From: a virus
Length of the DNA: 64,000 nucleotides
Reading direction: 5' to 3' (one strand)
Virus record (IMG/VR): IMGVR_UViG_3300042878_000903
Span: 1-64,000 of that record
The notes under the pieces are model-generated. The model was not told where the DNA came from and ran no database searches. It saw only the letters and a program-made list of their open reading frames with translations. The first letter of the stretch is position 1, and each line of letters begins with the position of its first letter. Made by a program: the position numbers and the translations under genes. This document shows, one piece after another, positions 55,904-64,000 of this stretch.

Positions 55904-58900
55904 TTAAACATAAATCGACCTACAAGTAAGTTTTGTAGACGGGGCTTGGCTATAACCCTGCTCAATATCCAAAACAATATATTTACCAGCCGTTTGCCCA
56001 GTATCTTCAGTTGAATAAATCATATTATTTGGATATGATATTTCAACTACATCTCCCGTTTCAATAATAGGGTTTGGGAAAACGTCTATTTGAATAACTG
56101 TTTGTTGCTTAGACCATTGAGTTCTCATCCATTTAGAAAGCTCTTTAGCTTCAGATTCTTTTTGTATCCACATAGATTCAAATGCTACTTGCTCATCATT
56201 TTTAGTTGCAGATAAATCTGGATCAAGATACTCGAACGGGTCTAGGGGAGCTACTGTTTCTCCTACTACGATAAAGCTTTTTTGACCACCGTCTGCTAAA
56301 TCAACAAATGCTCCTGTGTTATTTAAAATATAAGCATCAATTCCAAATGAGTTTGCATCGTACCCAAGTAGAGTTACGTTGGGGTTTAATATTATTTGAG
56401 GGTATTTAACAAAACCTGGTCTTGTTGCATACCTGGTTGATATTTTTTTAATTTCTCTGGCTACTGGCCCAAATTCTTTTATCCATGGACTCGATAAAGT
56501 AGAGGCAGATCCAATAGCAATAAAGTCGCCAAACACATTTTTTAGTTCCGTGGCAGAACCAACGTATGAGCCGTAATTGTCATAAGAATAAGATCCAGTA
56601 AAATCTTCTTTCTTTAATGAAGCTATATATGCATAGTCAAATGCTGATTCACCTTGTATGCCAATTAATGCAATTTTGTTGCCCATTGTTGTGGCTGCAG
56701 AATCAGTTGCTGTTATTACGGCATTGTTAAATTTAATTTTAAATATTCTTTGACCTGTTGTTGCTTGAGAAACTCTTACGTCTACTCTATAAAATTCTCC
56801 TCCAGATACTCCAGTAATTGATGCCTCTTCTGTCTTTTGAGTATCAGAAACTGGTGTCTCTACTCCGTTAACTATTTTAAATAGTTGTACATCTCTATAA
56901 TTCAATCCTTTGTTTGCTACGTTTTGAGAAGTTCCAATTTTTAAAATATAGCCGTTTAAATTATTGGCGTCAAGACCAATGCCTAGTCCAGCAGAAACAA
57001 ACTGTTCCCCAGTAACTCTTCCATTGCTACCTTTAGCAAGCTTAAAGAATAAAGCTGTTCCAATTGAAAAATATTTTTGTGATGTAAAATTAACATCTGG
57101 ATTAATTGAAGCGCAATAGTATTCTTTAGATGCCGTGGGTGCAACTATTGTAAGCAAGGATCTAGATATTAAAGAACCTGATCCATCTGTTTGTCTTAAT
57201 GAAAATACTGATTGATCTTCAACATTTGTTTTTGCAGACAAGTTTAGTTTAGATCCTGTCCATTGATTTTTTAATTCGTCAATATTTACTGAGTGGCTAT
57301 CGCCTACACCGATGCCTTTACCAGTTGCATTAAATGCATTTCTTTCTTTAATTCTATATCTTAGGGTAGGCTTAAAAGAATTTATCTTGCTTTCCCCAAG
57401 AAATTTAGCAATGTCTGAGTCTGACGTTATCCATTTCTTTATAACTGTATTTGGTGCAGATAGAGGTTCATATTGAAATTCAATTGCATCATATTCAATT
57501 ATTTCATTGTTTATTAAAAAATACCCAGCTTTATTATAAAAAGATGTATCTGCTAAGTCGCTGTAAATACTAATTGGAGACAAGGATACAACTCCTTTGT
57601 CGGCATTTGTTTCGGCTGGTGCCGTTGCCAATAAAGTAGTTTGTAACGCAGCTGCACCAATTGCGGCTGGCGGAGAAACATAAAGGTTGTCTGATGAGCC
57701 CTGATAGTTTGTGCTAATAATCGGAGTGTAAATTACTTTTACTGCCTTAACAGAAGGAACTGTTTCTTTGGTTAAAGATATTATGTTAGGAATATTAACC
57801 CCCTTAGATTCACTTCTAAACTTAAATCCAGATGTCCTTGTTGGATCAAACAAATAATCTCTAGGATAAAACTGCAGAATATCATTATTATCAAATGTTG
57901 CTATCATCTGTGTGTCTCTACATAGATCTTGAATGTGTTGCCATACAGTTTTTGTGTCTTCTGTAAACCAGTACAAAGGGACTATGGTGGCGGAGTCAAC
58001 TTTATTTGCATCCCCCTTGCCATAAGTATTAAAGTTGTACCCAGTAAATCCTACGCTATCTAAAAGCCTTCTTATGATTGCTTGTGATGGAGCATTTTGA
58101 ATTACAATATCTGGAGCTAGTATTTCTTGTAGAAATTTTGCTCCGTCTAATCCCTGTATGTCGATGTCTCCAAATTCAGACAAAGTGAATGAGTCTATGT
58201 AAAATACACCCTGTGGAATAACATCATCTCCTATTTTATTAAATGGAGAAACTTTTACATTCTTATATAGGTTAATGTTGTCTTTGTTAAATGGCATTGT
58301 TTTATCATACTCAATACCCCTTTTATCGTAGCCCTCAAGCGACATAGATAAGGCATTTGAAGTTACAGATCCAACTGGAACAATACCAGATGAGTCATCG
58401 GATGAGGTTTTTGAAACTTGAAAAGAAACTATTCTATTTGACACATCTTGTATATATCTGGCTCCGACCTCTATTATTCCAAGATACGAGTTGGCAACAC
58501 TGATTGTATTAACAGTGACAATAATCTTTTTAATATTTACTGGGGCCGACGGAGTTGTAAATTTTGTCGTTGACCATGAGGATCCATTCCAATATAATTG
58601 AAACACTCCATTGTCTGGAACAACTCCATTTGTAGATATTGTTGTTTCTGTACCAGCGTGATCTTGTATTTTAATAGACCATGTAGATGGCTTAGAGTAA
58701 GAAGTTTCAAATTTAACAAGTATGGTATTAGTAACAGCAGTTTTTGATATTGGATAATCTACAGTAAAACTAAAATTACTTAATGTTGTGCCGCCAGATT
58801 TAGGTGAAACCCAAAACTTGTATTGATTTTTAGGACTAGAAAAATAAGTTCTTACTGGAAGATCTGAAGAAACGTTATATTTTGGTATGCTATTTGTAAC

Positions 58901-59167
58901 ATTTGGGTTTAATATAAAATAATTAATTCCTGCTGCCGAAGGTCTTCTTGGGTCTATTATGCTGGTTAATGGAAATAATTTTTTAAATGGCTGATATGTT
59001 TTACCAGTAATTGGGTCTGTTTGAGTTGCAGTTTCAGCTGGTGTAGCCGTAACAGATGCATTTAAAATTAAATCGTTCATATTATATTCTAGCCAGCATC
59101 CGCCTGACATTGAATATGAAGCAGATGTATTTAGTTTATCTAGAGTTGTTTGGCTTACTGATTGCAT
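55904..59167 (-). CDS. large minor tail (hub/tip) protein (start MQSVSQ)
   Basis: Position after distal tail gene; C-terminal NP.IE.GD.V motif. Confidence 0.75.
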   Translation of the reverse strand: MQSVSQTTLDKLNTSASYSMSGGCWLEYNMNDLILNASVTATPAETATQTDPITGKTYQPFKKLFPLTSIIDPRRPSAAGINYFILNPNVTNSIPKYNVSSDLPVRTYFSSPKNQYKFWVSPKSGGTTLSNFSFTVDYPISKTAVTNTILVKFETSYSKPSTWSIKIQDHAGTETTISTNGVVPDNGVFQLYWNGSSWSTTKFTTPSAPVNIKKIIVTVNTISVANSYLGIIEVGARYIQDVSNRIVSFQVSKTSSDDSSGIVPVGSVTSNALSMSLEGYDKRGIEYDKTMPFNKDNINLYKNVKVSPFNKIGDDVIPQGVFYIDSFTLSEFGDIDIQGLDGAKFLQEILAPDIVIQNAPSQAIIRRLLDSVGFTGYNFNTYGKGDANKVDSATIVPLYWFTEDTKTVWQHIQDLCRDTQMIATFDNNDILQFYPRDYLFDPTRTSGFKFRSESKGVNIPNIISLTKETVPSVKAVKVIYTPIISTNYQGSSDNLYVSPPAAIGAAALQTTLLATAPAETNADKGVVSLSPISIYSDLADTSFYNKAGYFLINNEIIEYDAIEFQYEPLSAPNTVIKKWITSDSDIAKFLGESKINSFKPTLRYRIKERNAFNATGKGIGVGDSHSVNIDELKNQWTGSKLNLSAKTNVEDQSVFSLRQTDGSGSLISRSLLTIVAPTASKEYYCASINPDVNFTSQKYFSIGTALFFKLAKGSNGRVTGEQFVSAGLGIGLDANNLNGYILKIGTSQNVANKGLNYRDVQLFKIVNGVETPVSDTQKTEEASITGVSGGEFYRVDVRVSQATTGQRIFKIKFNNAVITATDSAATTMGNKIALIGIQGESAFDYAYIASLKKEDFTGSYSYDNYGSYVGSATELKNVFGDFIAIGSASTLSSPWIKEFGPVAREIKKISTRYATRPGFVKYPQIILNPNVTLLGYDANSFGIDAYILNNTGAFVDLADGGQKSFIVVGETVAPLDPFEYLDPDLSATKNDEQVAFESMWIQKESEAKELSKWMRTQWSKQQTVIQIDVFPNPIIETGDVVEISYPNNMIYSTEDTGQTAGKYIVLDIEQGYSQAPSTKLTCRSIYV

Positions 59168-59616
59168 TATACTTCTTCCAGCGAAATACTTACATCCCAA
59201 AATGCCTGTGCTGCATCCGCCGTTTTTTCCTTTACATTTCTTTTGATCATATTAAATGAGCATGAAGTAAAGCTTGCGGCAAAATCTTCGGTTCTGGCTG
59301 AGTTATAGGCTATTCTTACATTAAATGTTCCTTGGCCCTTAGCACTTAAATAAAATGCTTTTATATCTTCTGCTCCCCAGCCTGCATCTACGGTCATGGT
59401 GGAATATGACGGAACCATGCTCCAGGAGGTGGATATGTTCTTCTTATCGGCTATAAACAGCTTTCTAAGGCTTCCATTGGCCATCCTAGAGGTCTGCTCA
59501 AAGCGTTGTACATCTACGGATATTGGGGACCTATTATGTTCAGTTAATTTTTGCCATACGCTATTAGCATCTTGTATAAACAATGCTGAGCCGACTGGTA
59601 ATACTAAAGCTGCCAT
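59167..59616 (-). CDS. distal tail protein-like
   Basis: R.ANG.LR motif; immediately after tape measure gene. Confidence 0.65.
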   Translation of the reverse strand: MAALVLPVGSALFIQDANSVWQKLTEHNRSPISVDVQRFEQTSRMANGSLRKLFIADKKNISTSWSMVPSYSTMTVDAGWGAEDIKAFYLSAKGQGTFNVRIAYNSARTEDFAASFTSCSFNMIKRNVKEKTADAAQAFWDVSISLEEV

Positions 59617-62600
59617 TATATATTCTTCCCTTGTCCAACCATTTTAACATTAACTTTAGCCTTTTGTCCAATAACAACTTCTGCTTTTTTAATAATCATA
59701 TTTGATAATGCCTCAACATCCATTCCATCAGATGCGTATATGTTTTGATTTACAACATATGATGCTCCAATTGCTCCATCGCCTTTTACATTATATGACC
59801 TCTTGTCAAAGCTATATCTTGGAGATGCGGCAGCCAATGTATTCATAACATCGTTTGGCATAATATTGGCACGATTTTTTAAGTGAACAAACTCTGGTCC
59901 CTTTTCTCCAACAAGATACATTCCGCTAGCGCCACCCTGTACGCCAGCAGCAGCTTTACCCATGAAAACAATATTTCCATTTGTTTTGCTCTTGCCATAC
60001 CTTTGACCATTCCAAATAAAGGTCTCACCTATTTGTAGGTCTTGGTTATTTGCAATTGATCTTCTAGCCTGTGCATTTAAAACCTTTGTCTTAACTCCAT
60101 TAAATTCTTTTTCTTCCATTGCATTTGAATAATTTCCTGAAACAGCAATATCTTTTCTTAATGCTGGCTTGCCATTTACACCCTTTACCGCATCTACAAC
60201 ATCTTTAAGAGATGCTCCGCCTTTAATGCTATTTGCAAGTGCTTCATTTACAGCAGATCCCGCTCCCGATTTTGCCAATATGCTTAGTGCATTTGCTTGT
60301 GGAGAAACTGGAATTTTATTAGTTACTACTTTTCCACCTTCATAATTTGAATACTCGGTGTATCTTGGCATTTTTTCGCCAGTAGCAGCTTCTACTGCAG
60401 CTACTAATCCTGCTGCTGCTTCTTTATTTGTTTTAACATAATCTTCTACAGATTTACCAGCAGCTTGTGCATTACCATAAAGCGCAGTCATGGAGTTATT
60501 AACTTTGTCTATTGCTGCAATTGCTTCAGCTTGTTTTTTGCGGTACGAATCTAGACTTTCTCCAGCAAGTGCTGCGCTATCTGCAAGGTCCTGTTGTTTA
60601 TTTCCAAGAGCTTCGATGGCGGCCTTAAGAGGTGCATTTGCTGCTTCAGTTGCCTTATCAATAGCTTTTGATTGCGACTCTGTTTGTTGTTGACTTGTTA
60701 ATGATTCTAAATCAAGTCTAAGCTCTTGAGACTTTTGAGTATCTCCAGTTGCTTCAGCATTTTGCATTGCAAGTCTAGTCTTTTCAATTTGTCTGCCAAG
60801 ATCCGCATCTGCTTGTGCGGCAGATAATGCTTTCTTTCTAGCTTCTGCCAGTTTATTATTTGCTTCAATTTGCTTGTTAAGTGAAGACAACTTATCTCTA
60901 TCAGATATTTGCTGTGAAACTGTTTGTCCCTTTAGTGCTTTTGTATAAGACTTAATCTTATCTTCTAGCTTAGCAAGTGCACTATATTGTTTCGATAGAA
61001 GCCCGTCTTTGCTTGAATTTGTTGCCACTACAGATGTATTTATAGCTGCAAATGAATCGGCAATTAATTTTGTTTGTGCAGCATTTAATTGAGAAAGATC
61101 TCCAGTAAATCCTTGCGCCTGCAGCCTAATCTTTTCCCACACACTTACAACCGTATCAGATCCATTAATCATTTTCTTAACCTCTGGATTTGTTTTGGCC
61201 ATTTCATCAACTGTTCCCTGAGTAATTACTGCCCCAGCTTCTTTTGATTTATTTATTTGATCAAGCATTATTTTTTCAGCTTCTGCATAACTGAGAGACT
61301 TTGTTTTTCCAGTTAAATCTTTTGCTACTAGTCTTTCTCTCTTTGCGATTAAATCATTAATTCCAGTCTCGGTAGCCATAAGAGCTGTGTTTAATGATGC
61401 TGCTTTTTCTTTATTTCCTTGGTCTTTTGTATCAGCCCCAAAACTTGTAACTGCAGAAACTGCAGCAGTTTGAGGATCTGTAATTGCTTTAAATGCTGCA
61501 TTGCCAAGTGTTGCAGTAATTGATTGGTCTTTCTTATTTGAAAGCTGAAGCATTGTATATACTTTCTTGGTTGCTTCTTCTGCAGACATCCCAGCAGCAA
61601 TTAACTGCTCTTTAATTCTTCGAACTGCATCTGGAACCTTATTAGATGGCTGTCTATCTAGTGCCTTAATCTGTTCACCAAATGTTTCTTTTACTTCAAT
61701 CTTTAATTTTTTGTATTCTGCAATAGTCATTTGGAATGGAGTTCCGCCATCCTTCATGCTTTCGTAAATTAATTTATTTGCATCAGCTAAATCTTTTGCG
61801 TCTTGTATAGTATCTTTAATTTTTAAACCAAAGTCTGTGAATCTAAGTCCAGCTTTTTTAGCTGCTTCTGCGGTTAAACCAAATGTAGCTATATTAAGAG
61901 TTTGTCCTTCTTTATAATTTTTCCATGCTTTGTAACCAGCAATTACTGCTACTGTTACCGCTGCTAATGGTGCAACTAGTCCTGCTGCTGCTGCTGCAGT
62001 TGCGCCAAATCCTGCAGAAGCTAATCCTGCTGTTGCTGCGCTGGCCGCTGCACGTTTTGTGATCATTCCACCAATTTTTGGAAGAAGCATTTGGCCACCC
62101 ATCATTCCAGCCATGCTACCCATCATTGCGCCATTTTGACCACCAAGTTTTCCACCTATTGCTCCACCTGCTGCCATTCCGCCCATCATACCAACCATGT
62201 TTGCGCCAGCACCTTGACCAAACTCTGGATTTAATCCTTTTGTCTTTAAGTATTGTATTGGGTGCATAATTGCTGCTGTTGAGTATGCGGCATTAGTTTT
62301 AAATGAACTAGCCATTCTTGCAGCACGATCTTCTTTTCCACCTGGGAATGCTCCTGGTACTCCAGCAACTAATATTTCAGAACCACCACGTTTGTAAGAC
62401 GAACCAATGGATTTAGCTGCTGATGTTATAGAGTTTGCATATAATTTTGATCCGTCTACAAGTGATCTTATTGAATAAGATACCTGATCATTAATCATTC
62501 TTGTGCTTGTTATTAATTTATTTGAGCCTGCTTTAAGAGAAGAAGCTATTGATGAGAAAGCAGAGTCTATAGATGAGCCTGCTCCTGATAAGGGAAGTTT

Positions 62601-64000
62601 TAATCCTGGTGCATAAGGGAAAGATCTTTGGCCCCCGTAAGATTTAGCTGCTTCAGCACGTGCTGCTTTTTCTGCAAGTTGTTCTGCACGTTTTGCTGGA
62701 TTTCCACTAAGCCCATATGAGTCTTTATCATTCCTAATAACTCCGCCAATTTCATATCCTGGAATAATTTTTCCACTTTGAAGTGGTCTAAATATTTCTG
62801 GTCCTTTTTCTCCAACAACATAATTTTGTCCTGGAGATACTGGCCCACCCATTTCTCTATTTCCTCTAATATCAAATATTTTCTTTTTAAGCTCTTCTGT
62901 CATTGGGGTATTTTGTTTTGAATCCCAAGTTAAATATTTATTTTTTAATATGTCTTTATCTATTGGAGAAAGCTGTCTTATAATATTTCTGTCAGCAATT
63001 AAATCATTAGCAGCCTGTCTAATAATTGAATCTAGTACGTCTGGCTCAAGACCATGCTTTAAAGCACCAGTCTTTGGATCTTTAACATATCCGTACGGCT
63101 TTTCTTTTGCCATAGCCGCTGCAAACTTGTCATAGAATAATTTTTGTGTATTTTTTCTTAAGCCAGAATTTGCAAATAATGTTTCTGCCATTCCTATTGA
63201 AAGTGAGTTAACTCCCCATGGCGCTGACTCATACATACTAGGCTTAGGAGCTCCAGTTGGTCCAAATCCTGCACCAATTCTTCTCATAGCTAAGCCCTTT
63301 AAAACATTGCCAATTATTCCTCCGTTATTAAACTTAGGCATCATGTGTGCCAGTGCGGTAGGTTCTCCATTAATTTTTTCTATTCCATAATTACGATATG
63401 ATCCCATGTACCGTGTACCATTGGCATCATTTGCTTCCATAAGTTTTGCTAAATCTGTTTTACCATATGGGTTTAAAGCAGTCTCTGCTTGAATTCCCCT
63501 AGCAACTGGGTCAGTTGAATGTGCTCTTCTTTGTCCTGGTACATTTAAGCTTTCTAAATATTCTTTTCTTAAACGAAGTTCTTTGGCTATTGAAAGGTAT
63601 TCTTTGTGTTGAAGCCTTGACCATTCTGCTTCTCCAATTTTTCCAGTACCAGATAAACCAGAAACTATGTTTGTTCTAGCACGATCAGTTAATAGTGCTA
63701 TTTTATCTGGAGGTACTTTGTTTACCTGTAAGAATCTGGTAAGTGAAGGTAAAGCCTGTTGAGATGAGCCATGCATTAAATCGCTTACAATGTCAGCTTT
63801 TTTAGCAGCACCATGAGAAAGAGCTGTATTAACACTTGCTCTTAATCTTCCGCCCCAATTTCCTACGAAATAATATTGCCTACTTAATTCTTTGGATGAC
63901 GATCTAAGCGCAGTTCCAAAAACACTGTCTTGGTATGCTCTAGCTTCTGCACCAGACAAAGACATATCTCTGCCTCGAAGCATTTCTCTTGAAAGCTTTG
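59616..64000 (-). CDS. tape measure protein (5' end outside window)
   Basis: Frame open to window edge; Ala/Gly-rich helical, TM stretch, two VGEKGPE motifs. Confidence 0.85.
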   Translation of the reverse strand, partial: KLSREMLRGRDMSLSGAEARAYQDSVFGTALRSSSKELSRQYYFVGNWGGRLRASVNTALSHGAAKKADIVSDLMHGSSQQALPSLTRFLQVNKVPPDKIALLTDRARTNIVSGLSGTGKIGEAEWSRLQHKEYLSIAKELRLRKEYLESLNVPGQRRAHSTDPVARGIQAETALNPYGKTDLAKLMEANDANGTRYMGSYRNYGIEKINGEPTALAHMMPKFNNGGIIGNVLKGLAMRRIGAGFGPTGAPKPSMYESAPWGVNSLSIGMAETLFANSGLRKNTQKLFYDKFAAAMAKEKPYGYVKDPKTGALKHGLEPDVLDSIIRQAANDLIADRNIIRQLSPIDKDILKNKYLTWDSKQNTPMTEELKKKIFDIRGNREMGGPVSPGQNYVVGEKGPEIFRPLQSGKIIPGYEIGGVIRNDKDSYGLSGNPAKRAEQLAEKAARAEAAKSYGGQRSFPYAPGLKLPLSGAGSSIDSAFSSIASSLKAGSNKLITSTRMINDQVSYSIRSLVDGSKLYANSITSAAKSIGSSYKRGGSEILVAGVPGAFPGGKEDRAARMASSFKTNAAYSTAAIMHPIQYLKTKGLNPEFGQGAGANMVGMMGGMAAGGAIGGKLGGQNGAMMGSMAGMMGGQMLLPKIGGMITKRAAASAATAGLASAGFGATAAAAAGLVAPLAAVTVAVIAGYKAWKNYKEGQTLNIATFGLTAEAAKKAGLRFTDFGLKIKDTIQDAKDLADANKLIYESMKDGGTPFQMTIAEYKKLKIEVKETFGEQIKALDRQPSNKVPDAVRRIKEQLIAAGMSAEEATKKVYTMLQLSNKKDQSITATLGNAAFKAITDPQTAAVSAVTSFGADTKDQGNKEKAASLNTALMATETGINDLIAKRERLVAKDLTGKTKSLSYAEAEKIMLDQINKSKEAGAVITQGTVDEMAKTNPEVKKMINGSDTVVSVWEKIRLQAQGFTGDLSQLNAAQTKLIADSFAAINTSVVATNSSKDGLLSKQYSALAKLEDKIKSYTKALKGQTVSQQISDRDKLSSLNKQIEANNKLAEARKKALSAAQADADLGRQIEKTRLAMQNAEATGDTQKSQELRLDLESLTSQQQTESQSKAIDKATEAANAPLKAAIEALGNKQQDLADSAALAGESLDSYRKKQAEAIAAIDKVNNSMTALYGNAQAAGKSVEDYVKTNKEAAAGLVAAVEAATGEKMPRYTEYSNYEGGKVVTNKIPVSPQANALSILAKSGAGSAVNEALANSIKGGASLKDVVDAVKGVNGKPALRKDIAVSGNYSNAMEEKEFNGVKTKVLNAQARRSIANNQDLQIGETFIWNGQRYGKSKTNGNIVFMGKAAAGVQGGASGMYLVGEKGPEFVHLKNRANIMPNDVMNTLAAASPRYSFDKRSYNVKGDGAIGASYVVNQNIYASDGMDVEALSNMIIKKAEVVIGQKAKVNVKMVGQGKNI

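Overview
A 64-kb, AT-rich segment of a large tailed dsDNA bacteriophage (Caudoviricetes, long-tailed type), read with the standard genetic code. WhiB, an Lsr2-like protein, DnaE-type polymerase, CHAP endolysin and pervasive leaderless genes point to an actinobacterial host, possibly a low-GC freshwater lineage (inference). Layout: 1-2076 small + strand genes; 2077-2740 non-coding convergence region; everything from about 2740 to 64000 is on the - strand. In transcription order the - strand carries a tail module (partial tape measure, minor tail proteins, S74-chaperone tail fibre), replication/recombination genes (DnaB, primase, SSB, DnaE, RecA, Cas4-like nuclease, RuvC), terminase, 4 tRNA/tRNA-like genes, a lysis cassette, and about 30 kb of accessory genes. 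The accessory genes cover redox, sulfur, B12 and modification functions: KatG, GPx, thioredoxin, Dps-fold, Hsp20, MetB-like, CysC fusion, sulfotransferase, LLM monooxygenase, radical SAM/SPASM, PduO, IMPDH-like, SpeD and five 2OG-Fe(II) oxygenases. Best candidates for new biology: (i) a radical SAM/SPASM gene coupled to an array of unannotated micro-peptides, three starting MCxxCG(A)C; (ii) a promoter-driven ~100-nt structured RNA ending in an H-type pseudoknot that recurs with base changes after katG; (iii) a CIRCE-like operator on the phage hsp20; (iv) a repeated palindrome-containing promoter module; (v) a putative B12 capture/adenosylation module. All functional calls come from motif recognition by eye; no database searches were run.
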